The position numbers were made by a program, and so were the translations under genes. Under the pieces are notes generated by a model. The model saw only the letters and a list, made by a program, of their open reading frames with translations, did no database searches and was not told the DNA's origin. DNA of 11,465 nt from an uncultured bacterium (GTDB lineage Bacteria > Zixibacteria > MSB-5A5 > JAABVY01 > JAHJOQ01). Location: NCBI GenBank assembly GCA_965369655.1, contig CBDUQR010000065.1, positions 1 to 11,465 on the forward strand. Reading direction: 5' to 3'. Of the stretch, positions 1 to 7,637 are shown piece by piece; position 1 is the stretch's first letter; each line of letters opens with the position of its first letter.

Positions 1-4
1 TATA

Positions 5-110
5 CAAGGGCAGTGACCCGCGAAGTCCTGAGCCCTGCGAAGGGAAGCGAAGCGGTGTGATTCTGCCATTCAGGAAGAGCGGCAGAACCACTTATGGGGT
101 TGTGCCCTAC
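5..110. repeat. GTAG-type REP doublet (REPIN-like): two inverted imperfect palindromes
   Basis: Minus strand 110-81 reads GTAG-GGCACAACC-ccataagt-GGTTCTGCC (a GTAG tag plus a palindrome). Plus strand 5-67 is an opposed degenerate copy, CAAG-GGCAG..CCGC...GCGG..CTGCC. Cross-pairing is also possible: AGGGCA(7-12)/TGCCCT(103-108) and TTCTGCC(61-67)/GGCAGAA(81-87). Confidence 0.55.
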
Positions 111-163
111 TCGACTGCGCCTGACAAACCAGATCGGCGTGGATTTATTCAGCCCACGTATGC

Positions 164-195
164 TTGACACACGTCGTATAAAATGTGTATATATT
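164..195 (+). promoter_or_regulatory. Putative sigma70-type promoter for the ricT-metG operon
   Basis: Perfect TTGACA at 164-169, followed by AT-rich TATATA (188-193, 18-bp spacer) or TATATT (190-195). It lies just upstream of the GGAGG RBS at 208-212. The spacing and -10 are imperfect. Confidence 0.5.
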
Positions 196-220
196 GGTTC
201 TACAATCGGAGGATACTGAA

Positions 221-1072
221 TTGAATGCCGATGTTTGGGAAGTTGAATTCAAAGCTCGCAGGACAAGTTACTACTACAACTGCAACGACGTTATCTTTGA
301 AGCGAACGATTATGTTGTCGTGGCTGCAGAGCGAGGCGAGGATATCGGGATCGTCAGGAGGAAGCCGACTGGAAGCATCAAGTCCAAGAGCAGTCCCAAG
401 GCTATCATCCGCAGCGCGTCAGAACACGATATTGAGCACATGAAAGAAAACCGTACTCGCGAAAAGGAAGCGGTCGCGCAGTGTCTTGCCATGGTGAAGA
501 AACACCACCTGCAGATGAAGCTCGTCGATGCCGAGTATCAACTCGACGGCAACAAGCTTACGTTTTTCTTCACAGCCGAACAGCGAGTCGACTTCCGCGA
601 GTTGGTCAAGGATTTGGCCTCAGTCTACAAGACCCGGATTGAGCTTCGTCAGATCGGCGTCAGAGACGAGGCCAAGCGCATCGACGGTTTCGGCATCTGC
701 GGTTTCAGACAGTGTTGTTCACTCTGGCTCCGTGACTTCGAGCCGATTTCCACTCAGCTTGCGCGAGAGCAGAATCTCTCTCTCAACCCACAGAAGATTT
801 CAGGAAACTGCGGGCGGTTGCTCTGCTGCCTGCGGTATGAGAAAAAGCACTACCAGGAAACGATCAGAAGCTTTCCACCGCCCGGAACGAGATATATGAC
901 ATCGAGCGGCGAGGGTACAGTCGACAAAATAGATGTATTCACGCAAGAGATGACTGTCAGGCTTGACGGCGCTGAGACTCAGGTCATCCGTCTGAAGGAT
1001 GTCGAGCGCCGCAACAGGCGCAGGTCGTCATTCTACAGAAAAATCACCGAGCGGAACAATGACAAAGAGTAA
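221..1072 (+). CDS. ricT: RicT/YaaT (PSP1 C-terminal domain) Fe-S regulatory protein
   Basis: Family motifs FFFTAEQRVDFRELVKDLA, RIELRQIGVRDEAK, GICG..CC and NPQKISGNCGRLLCCLRYE are present. Start moved from GTG 185 to the in-frame TTG 221, which has GGAGG 8 nt upstream; 185 falls inside the putative promoter. Confidence 0.9.
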   Translation: MNADVWEVEFKARRTSYYYNCNDVIFEANDYVVVAAERGEDIGIVRRKPTGSIKSKSSPKAIIRSASEHDIEHMKENRTREKEAVAQCLAMVKKHHLQMKLVDAEYQLDGNKLTFFFTAEQRVDFRELVKDLASVYKTRIELRQIGVRDEAKRIDGFGICGFRQCCSLWLRDFEPISTQLAREQNLSLNPQKISGNCGRLLCCLRYEKKHYQETIRSFPPPGTRYMTSSGEGTVDKIDVFTQEMTVRLDGAETQVIRLKDVERRNRRRSSFYRKITERNNDKE

Positions 1073-1084
1073 GGGGAGTCTGTT

Positions 1085-2992
1085 TTGAGTCGATCATTCT
1101 ATGTCACGACGCCGATATACTATGTCAACGACCGCCCGCACATCGGTCACGGATACTGCACGGTCGCTGCAGATGTTATCGCGCGATATAACAAGCTGTT
1201 CGGGGCGGAGTCCTTCTTCCTGACCGGTACCGACGAGCATGGCTCAAAGATCGAGCAGGCCGCTGAAATCGCAGGCGTCACGCCACAGCAACTCGTGGAC
1301 GATTTCGCACAGCACTTCAAAGATGCGTGGAAGGCGCTCTGTATTGAGAATGACCATTTCATACGTACAACAGATCCGAAGCATGAGAAGGCATTCCAGA
1401 AGTTGATTGCGAAGATTCATGAGACTATGACCCCGGATGGAAAACCCGCCATATACGAAGGAGAATACAAAGGTCTGTACTGTGTCGGATGCGAGAAATT
1501 CCTGACGGAGAGGGACCTGACCGCCGATGGACTCTGCCCGGATCATCTCACAAAGCCGGAATTGCTGTCGGAGAAAAACTACTTCTTCAGGCTGACATCC
1601 TATCTCGATCAGGTCAAAGAACTCATCGAGAGCGACAAACTGCTGATTCTTCCGAAAGAGCGCAAAAACGAGACTCTCGGCCTTTTCAAACAAGGGCTCG
1701 ATGATTTCTCGATATCGAGAGAAAAAGTACAGTGGGGAATTCCGTTGCCTTTTGACTCCGACCAGATGGCTTATGTCTGGGTAGATGCTCTCTCCAATTA
1801 CATCACGGCGATCGGTTACGGCGATGATCCTGAGTTATTCGACAAGTGGTGGAATGGCTCCCGAATCGTACATCTGATCGGCAAGGATATACTCAAATTC
1901 CACACAATCTTCTGGCCGGCGATATTGCTCGCGGCAGGAGTGAAGCTGCCGGATGTGATTTTCATTCATGGCTACTTCACGATATCAGGTCAGAAAATGT
2001 CCAAGTCCCTCGGCAATGCGATATCCAACCAGCAACTCGTCGAGAGATTCGGCCCGGACGCCGCTCGGTATTTGCTCCTGAACATGTTCCCGTTTGGGAT
2101 TGACGGTGATATCCGTCTTGACGATTTCGTCAGACGATACAACTCTGATTTGGCGAACGACCTCGGCAACCTTGTGTCACGGACGATCAAACTGACAAGA
2201 AGCAACTTTGAAGGTAGGATTCCCCCGGTCGGGGAAGTTACCGCCGACGAGAAAGCGCTTCACGATCTTGTCAGGGAACAGGTGGAGAAATGCAAGCGGC
2301 ATGTCGAGACGATCAATCCAAACGGCGCTGCTGCCACATTTATGACCATTACCCGTGAACTGAACAGATACTTCGATTCTCAGAAACCGTGGGTATTGTC
2401 AAAGGAACAGAAACACGAAAGGCTCGGCACGGTACTTCGCACAACACTCGAAGGCATCCGCTGCGTCTCTGTGCTGGCATATCCATTCCTGCCGAACAAA
2501 TGCCGCAGGCTTCGCGAGTTACTCGGATGTGAACCGACGCCAAAATCGATTGATCAGGCTGAATCGTTCGAACTACTCGTCGAGGGAAACGAGATCGCCG
2601 TAAGCGAATCGCTCTTTCCGAGGATCGACGTTATGAAGACGGAGAAAGAACAGCCTGCGGAGCCGGACAATCTGATCACAATCGATGACTTCGCAAAGGT
2701 CGAACTGAGAGTGGCGGAAGTTGTCGAGGCGGAAGTAGTGCCGAAGACCGACAGACTACTGAGGCTGCAGGTTCAGATCGGTGACAAGCGCAAACAGATC
2801 GTGGCCGGGATCGCACAGCATTATTCCCCCGAACAACTGGTCGGCAGGAAGGTAATCGTCGTTGCCAATCTGAAGCCGGCAAAGCTCCGAGGCATTGAAT
2901 CGAATGGTATGCTTCTGGTGGCGAAGAAGAAAGATAAGCTTACGCTCCTGACAATCGATACGGACCTTCCATCGGGTGCCGGGATTTCCTGA
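1085..2992 (+). CDS. metG: Methionine--tRNA ligase with C-terminal tRNA-binding (OB/Trbp111-like) domain
   Basis: Motifs YVTTPIYYVN..PHIGH, TGTDEHG, Zn-knuckle CVGC..CPDH, YVWVDAL, GKDILKFH, KMSKS and LANDLGNL. The C-terminus has ITIDDFAKVELRV..VANLKPAKLRGIESNGM. TTG start with AAGGGGAG RBS at 1071-1078. Confidence 0.98.
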   Translation: MSRSFYVTTPIYYVNDRPHIGHGYCTVAADVIARYNKLFGAESFFLTGTDEHGSKIEQAAEIAGVTPQQLVDDFAQHFKDAWKALCIENDHFIRTTDPKHEKAFQKLIAKIHETMTPDGKPAIYEGEYKGLYCVGCEKFLTERDLTADGLCPDHLTKPELLSEKNYFFRLTSYLDQVKELIESDKLLILPKERKNETLGLFKQGLDDFSISREKVQWGIPLPFDSDQMAYVWVDALSNYITAIGYGDDPELFDKWWNGSRIVHLIGKDILKFHTIFWPAILLAAGVKLPDVIFIHGYFTISGQKMSKSLGNAISNQQLVERFGPDAARYLLLNMFPFGIDGDIRLDDFVRRYNSDLANDLGNLVSRTIKLTRSNFEGRIPPVGEVTADEKALHDLVREQVEKCKRHVETINPNGAAATFMTITRELNRYFDSQKPWVLSKEQKHERLGTVLRTTLEGIRCVSVLAYPFLPNKCRRLRELLGCEPTPKSIDQAESFELLVEGNEIAVSESLFPRIDVMKTEKEQPAEPDNLITIDDFAKVELRVAEVVEAEVVPKTDRLLRLQVQIGDKRKQIVAGIAQHYSPEQLVGRKVIVVANLKPAKLRGIESNGMLLVAKKKDKLTLLTIDTDLPSGAGIS

Positions 2993-3026
2993 TGCCGCCG
3001 AGCGGTTAATACGCAGGCTTCGACCG

Positions 3027-3800
3027 ATGATTGATACTCACGCACATCTCGACTTTCCGGAATTCGACTCCGACAGAGAGGCTGTCATCCGAGACGCTTT
3101 CGACGGAGGCTTGAGGGCGATCATAAACATAGGTGTTGATCGAGAAACTTCGATCAGCAGCGTCGAACTGGCAGACTGCAATGACAGGATTTACGCGGCG
3201 GTCGGTTTCCATCCTCACGATTCAAAGAAGTTCGACAAGCCGGGCAGGGAGCAAATCGCCCGTCTTGCTCAGCATCCGAAAGTTGTGGCAATCGGCGAGA
3301 TCGGTCTCGACTATTACCGAGACCACTCCCCCCGCGATGTTCAACGAACAGTGTTTACCGAACAGATCGCAATGGCGCGGGAGTTCGGGATGCCGATTGT
3401 GGTCCATATCAGAGAGGCCATGAGTGACGCTCTGGATATTCTGCGGCGTGAGAAAGCACATGAGGTTGGCGGCGTGCTACACTGCTTTCTCGGCACCCCG
3501 GATGACGCCAGAGCAGCGGCGGATATGAACATGCTGGTAGCATTCGGCGGTTCTCTGACGTTTAAGAAATCGCGATCCATACACACGGCAGAAGCGGTGC
3601 CGCTCAAGGACATCATCCTCGAAACAGACTGTCCCTTCATCACCCCTGAACCATACCGGGGCAAGCGCAATCAGTCTTCCTATGTGCGCTACGCATATAA
3701 TGCGCTCGCCGAAATTAAGAATATCCCCCTCGAAACTCTCGAAAAAACTGTTGATGAAAACGCCATCCGCCTGTTTAATTTAGGTGATGGTGAAATATAA
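3027..3800 (+). CDS. tatD: TatD-family metal-dependent deoxyribonuclease (YcfH/YabD-like)
   Basis: Motifs MIDTHAH, GFHPH, AIGEIGLDYY, VVHIR, LHCF, ETDCP and PYRGKRN, with all metal ligands intact. Start set at ATG 3027 because the family begins at MIDTHxH; the ORF-track start at 2976 overlaps metG. Confidence 0.95.
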   Translation: MIDTHAHLDFPEFDSDREAVIRDAFDGGLRAIINIGVDRETSISSVELADCNDRIYAAVGFHPHDSKKFDKPGREQIARLAQHPKVVAIGEIGLDYYRDHSPRDVQRTVFTEQIAMAREFGMPIVVHIREAMSDALDILRREKAHEVGGVLHCFLGTPDDARAAADMNMLVAFGGSLTFKKSRSIHTAEAVPLKDIILETDCPFITPEPYRGKRNQSSYVRYAYNALAEIKNIPLETLEKTVDENAIRLFNLGDGEI

Positions 3801-4590
3801 GAAAAGTCTCGGCCAGCATATTCTTCAGAATGCCGGAGCGGCCAGGAGAATCGTTGATTCTCTGGAGTTGTCCGATGGTGATTCTGTACTGGAAATCGGT
3901 CCCGGGAATGGCGCGCTTACTTCCATACTCGTGCGGCGTCCGATAAGACTCGTCGCAGTCGAGCTCGATGAGCGTATGATACGGCAGCTCGAGGAACGGT
4001 TCCGTGAAACGGACAGACTTGAAATACTAAACGAGGACATACTCGAATGCGATTTCGGGATGCTCGACAAAGATTCAACATGGAAAGTCGTAGGTAACTT
4101 GCCGTACAACATAACATCGTCGATCCTGAAGAAGGTCTTCGACAGCCGCGAACTGTTTTCGACCGCGGTGTTCACCGTGCAGAAGGAAGTCGCTGACCGC
4201 ATGACCGCCAGCCCCGGTTCTGCGGACTACTCATCCCTGACAGTATTCGTAAGCACATATTGTGATGCGAAAAAGCTCTTTCTTCTCAGACCGGGTTCGT
4301 TTTTCCCGCCTCCCAGAGTCAGTTCCGCAGTCGTGCGCTTGAGATTCAAGGAACGGACGCCCATCGCCGAGGATCATCTGGAGCGTTTCTCGACCTTTGT
4401 GCAGAGCCTGTTCAGCCATCGTCGCAAGACAATTCTGAACAGTCTTGCGATGGTCTCGTCAATTGATAAGGAGAAGCTGGCCCCGATTCTCGATGAAGCA
4501 GGCATTCCCGAGGTGAGCAGGCCACAGACGATTACTCTGGAGAAATACGCGGCGCTGTTCACCGCGCTTGACAGGAGCAATCGTGCTTAG
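3787..4590 (+). CDS. rsmA: 16S rRNA adenine dimethyltransferase RsmA/KsgA
   Basis: Motifs KKSLGQH, VLEIGPGNGALT, VELD, GNLPYNI, VQKEVADR, FFPPPRVSSAVV and HRRKTI. The tatD-rsmA context also fits. Start could be 3784, 3787 or 3790. Confidence 0.95.
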   Translation: MVKYKKSLGQHILQNAGAARRIVDSLELSDGDSVLEIGPGNGALTSILVRRPIRLVAVELDERMIRQLEERFRETDRLEILNEDILECDFGMLDKDSTWKVVGNLPYNITSSILKKVFDSRELFSTAVFTVQKEVADRMTASPGSADYSSLTVFVSTYCDAKKLFLLRPGSFFPPPRVSSAVVRLRFKERTPIAEDHLERFSTFVQSLFSHRRKTILNSLAMVSSIDKEKLAPILDEAGIPEVSRPQTITLEKYAALFTALDRSNRA

Positions 4591-6406
4591 GATCATCCTG
4601 GTCATTCTATCTCTGTTCGCAATGTCGATCACATCGGTGGCGATCGCGCAGGAACTCTACTTCGATTTTTCACAGAACAGGGAGACTTATTCGTGGGATG
4701 ATTCGCTTGTCTGGCAGCCGCAAGTCGGGAACTCCTATCCGATTCTTTTCTCGAACAAATCAACCACTACATTGATCAAAGAAACCGTCTTTCCGGATCG
4801 AAGCGACAGGTGGCAGGAGAGTTACAGGAGCAGCCTGAGATGGAACTGGACCGAGGGTCCCAAATTGACGCTCTCCTCAGTCATACAGAATGACTACAGC
4901 TCATTCGAGGAGCGAACGGTAGTAGACAACAGTGCAGGCATCACGGCTCTCTTCAGGCCTGCGGCAGCGCTCGTAATATCGAACACCGGTTTGTTCGTCA
5001 CAACTGCTCGCAACAACTTCGGATCGAAACACAGGGCTTCGGGATACCGCAACATCCTGACCGCAGGCTTCTCACGCAGGCTTTCCGACTCGGATAACCT
5101 GCGAGTTTCATTCGGACAGGACGCCAGACTTGTGCCTGACATTCCGGTATATGACTTCGATGCTTCCTCTTCATTCAGCAGGCTCACGCGAGAGGATTCG
5201 CTGCGGATATCGGCAACAGGTGAATTACAGGTCAGGCGATATTTCACAACATCCAGGTCTTTCGAGTCGATTTCGAGACAGGTGAAAACTATCTCCGGCG
5301 CCAGATTCCTGGCGAGTTTCAAGCCGCTCGCAGAGACACGAATCCGTGTTCAGTCGAATCTCGACTACCGGCGGTACCGATACGAACATTTCGGCAGGCC
5401 TGGAGCATCATCGGGCCTGCTCGGGTTGGACAACAATTCCAGAGCGATCGACTACAAGATCACCGGCACGAGAAATCTTCTGAAACGTTTTGCCTTCGAC
5501 ACGCATTACATGTTTCGAGAGACTCACGAAGACTATGGAGCGCCGACCGGGAGCCAGCGCGTGAGAACTGGCGAGTGGCGAGCTGCACTGCGCGCCATGC
5601 CGAGCATGAATGATTCGCTCTGGGTCGAAGCAGTTTTTTCGGCAACGAGTTATTTCACCGAGCAGACTAGATCGTTTTTCTCCGACAGAGACAGGTTGAT
5701 GCAGCTCTATGGATGCGGGTTTTTCCACAGGTTCAACAGCATACTCGGTCTGCGCGTCGATGGATCATTTCGAGATTTCCATCAGACATTCGTTTCTGGA
5801 AAGCTCTCCGCGAACAACAACCACAACAGAGTCTACGTGGTACAGCCATCTGTTACATGGCGCCCATATACCTGGCTGAACATCTCCAACTCATTCCTTC
5901 TTCACGCAAACTATATATGGTACGACTATGAGAAGAAGGCCGACTCCGACAGGAACACGCTCTTCAGGCGTGCCCGATGGAAGAGCGAATACACGATCCT
6001 GCTGTCGCGCAGGCTGAAGTTCAGGCCGATGTATTCTTACAAATTCGAGGATTTCGGTCAACTCCTGTGGCGCGATCAATGGGTACAAAAGACTAACTGG
6101 GACAGACGCACACATCTGCCATCACTCGAGGTTACATATAGACCGGTCAGAAGCTGGAGGATGAATCCGGGCATTTCGTATGAGAAACGTAAATCATGGG
6201 AATTCGTAATAGACGACAGCGGTGTGATAAACCGTGTCGAGAAAGAGACGTTTGAGCGAACCACCATGCACCTGAACATAGAATACTCTCCCGGTCCTCG
6301 CACGAGCATAACTGCGTCGGCACAGAGGCGCGTTCAGACAAGCAGTGTCTTCGCTGACGATAAAACCAACCAGTTCGTCATCAGCGTTCACAGGGTATTC
6401 TGGTGA
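4583..6406 (+). CDS. Hypothetical exported protein, predicted large outer-membrane beta-barrel
   Basis: AGGAG at 4573-4577 precedes the in-frame GTG 4583. Sec signal peptide LRIILVILSLFAMSITSVAIA|QE. The mature chain is rich in S/T/R/F/Y/W, with many alternating hydrophobic/polar segments and no TM helices. It ends FVISVHRVFW, an aromatic C-terminal beta-signal-like strand. No family recognised. Confidence 0.7.
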   Translation: MLRIILVILSLFAMSITSVAIAQELYFDFSQNRETYSWDDSLVWQPQVGNSYPILFSNKSTTTLIKETVFPDRSDRWQESYRSSLRWNWTEGPKLTLSSVIQNDYSSFEERTVVDNSAGITALFRPAAALVISNTGLFVTTARNNFGSKHRASGYRNILTAGFSRRLSDSDNLRVSFGQDARLVPDIPVYDFDASSSFSRLTREDSLRISATGELQVRRYFTTSRSFESISRQVKTISGARFLASFKPLAETRIRVQSNLDYRRYRYEHFGRPGASSGLLGLDNNSRAIDYKITGTRNLLKRFAFDTHYMFRETHEDYGAPTGSQRVRTGEWRAALRAMPSMNDSLWVEAVFSATSYFTEQTRSFFSDRDRLMQLYGCGFFHRFNSILGLRVDGSFRDFHQTFVSGKLSANNNHNRVYVVQPSVTWRPYTWLNISNSFLLHANYIWYDYEKKADSDRNTLFRRARWKSEYTILLSRRLKFRPMYSYKFEDFGQLLWRDQWVQKTNWDRRTHLPSLEVTYRPVRSWRMNPGISYEKRKSWEFVIDDSGVINRVEKETFERTTMHLNIEYSPGPRTSITASAQRRVQTSSVFADDKTNQFVISVHRVFW

Positions 6407-6993
6407 GAAAGTCGATTGCTAACATATTCGTGCTGATCGCAATATCGGCCCTTTCGTGCACGAGTCCATTCTCGGCGAGAGAATCAGAGCCACCGACCGA
6501 GGTTCTGGGGACATTTATCACACCGACTGAGCCGGAGATAGTCCTGGTCAACCTTGAGGCATCGTACAACGAGCAGATCATTACAAACTATGATGCGAGT
6601 CTTGATTCGAGTTTCTTCTTTCGGTATGACTTCCTTCAGTCGGGAGGAGATTCCGACACGGGCTGGTCGCGCCTGGTCGATATCGGGATGACCGACAAGC
6701 TGTTTTCTTTCTTCCGGTCTGGTTCCGGCTCTTTGACCATGTCGCTGACGATGCGAGAGCTCGACCAGCCAGACTATGATGGCGACACGATGGCCACTCT
6801 GTACCGAGAGTACGAACTCGTCACAATCACCGGCGTCGATACGGATGAACCCGACACCGTCGTCTACAAGGGAAGAGCAGAATTCCAAATTGTCGAGACT
6901 GGAGTCAACTTGTGGGCGCTGCGCAAATGGACAGACAGACATTTGCAGTCGGGCGACCAGTCATGGGCGGATTTCAAGTATGGATATAGATAG
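6403..6993 (+). CDS. Hypothetical lipoprotein, possible NTF2/SnoaL-like fold
   Basis: GTG start overlaps the upstream TGA (GTGA). Signal II MRKSIANIFVLIAISALS|C. The mature domain is acidic and ends GRAEF..LWALRKWTD. The fold is inferred from the pattern only. Confidence 0.75.
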   Translation: MRKSIANIFVLIAISALSCTSPFSARESEPPTEVLGTFITPTEPEIVLVNLEASYNEQIITNYDASLDSSFFFRYDFLQSGGDSDTGWSRLVDIGMTDKLFSFFRSGSGSLTMSLTMRELDQPDYDGDTMATLYREYELVTITGVDTDEPDTVVYKGRAEFQIVETGVNLWALRKWTDRHLQSGDQSWADFKYGYR

Positions 6994-7539
6994 ATGAACA
7001 GGATTGCTTTAATACTCGTGTTCATTTCGATGGCTGCCTTGTCCTGCCTGAATCCATTTTCGCCGGCGTCTGTCGATCCGTCCGGCACGAAGCCCATTCT
7101 CCGGCAGGATGACGTCAGCGCTGTGCTGAGCAATTTCAAGTACGCCTACGAACACAACGACATCGATGTATATGAAAACTGCCTCGATCCCGGATTCATA
7201 TTCAGCTATACCGATCAGAATCTGGCAGGCGAGATCGAGACAATCGAGGTGCCGAGGGATGGTCCGTCGGGTGATCTCGAAAGGACGGCGAGACTCTTTA
7301 ACTTCTTCGACGAGATACGACTCGGCACATGGATACCCCGGAGAGTCGGAGAGGAGCAGGTCGGCAACGAGACCTGGGAAATCTATAATGTCTTCTTCCA
7401 GCTTTCGGTACGTGATATCGACGGTGATTTTGGCGGTGAGAGCTTCGAGGCTGTCGGTTTCGCCGAATTTAAGTTCCGTAAATCAAAGAATGACGGTCTC
7501 TGGCGGATCGTATTCTGGGAAGATCGCTCCACGATTTAG
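6994..7539 (+). CDS. Hypothetical lipoprotein, paralog of 6403-6993
   Basis: ATG directly follows the upstream TAG. Signal II MNRIALILVFISMAALS|C. Motifs VLSNFKYAY..YENCLD..FIF.Y and GFAEFKF..LWRIVFWED parallel those of the upstream lipoprotein. Confidence 0.8.
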   Translation: MNRIALILVFISMAALSCLNPFSPASVDPSGTKPILRQDDVSAVLSNFKYAYEHNDIDVYENCLDPGFIFSYTDQNLAGEIETIEVPRDGPSGDLERTARLFNFFDEIRLGTWIPRRVGEEQVGNETWEIYNVFFQLSVRDIDGDFGGESFEAVGFAEFKFRKSKNDGLWRIVFWEDRSTI

Positions 7540-7541
7540 AT

Positions 7542-7576
7542 TCAGGTCACACGATCTTTTTTGATTGATATCCTGA
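7542..7576 (+). repeat. Degenerate copy of the TCAGGTCACA..CCTGA palindromic repeat, possibly acting as the operon 3' hairpin
   Basis: TCAGGTCACACG (7542-7553) is identical to 11050-11061. Inner stem CGATC/GATTG and outer stem TCAGG/CCTGA. It starts 2 nt after the lipoprotein stop codon. Confidence 0.5.
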
Positions 7577-7590
7577 TTGCTCTGTATAAT
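7561..7590 (+). promoter_or_regulatory. Putative sigma70-type promoter for the pdxJ-like gene
   Basis: TTGATT (7561-7566), an 18-bp spacer, then a perfect TATAAT (7585-7590), in an AT-rich intergenic region 47 nt before the ATG. Confidence 0.65.
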
Positions 7591-7637
7591 AATTGTCTGA
7601 TCGAAGATGTCTCTGAAACGCTTTACTGGGGAATTCG

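Noticed and set aside
25-55. CTGA..GAA hammerhead-like or SRP-like motif
   Set aside because: Lacks the CUGANGA/GAAA core and the SRP CAGG-N-GRAA-N-AGCA motif.
7-115. Resemblance of ..GCCCTACTCGAC to a group II intron domain VI / 3' end
   Set aside because: The basal DVI stem would need GAG at 4-6 to pair with CTC 110-112, but the sequence is ACA. No domain V is visible. CTAC is better explained as a REP GTAG tag.
185-220. ORF-track N-terminal extension of RicT (similarly 2976-3026 for TatD and 4568-4582 for the barrel)
   Set aside because: Downstream in-frame starts fit better with RBS position, family N-termini or signal peptides.
2990-2992. Possible selenocysteine or readthrough at TGA stops (also 6404-6406)
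   Set aside because: Both proteins end at natural C-termini, no SECIS-like hairpin is evident, and the next gene follows closely.
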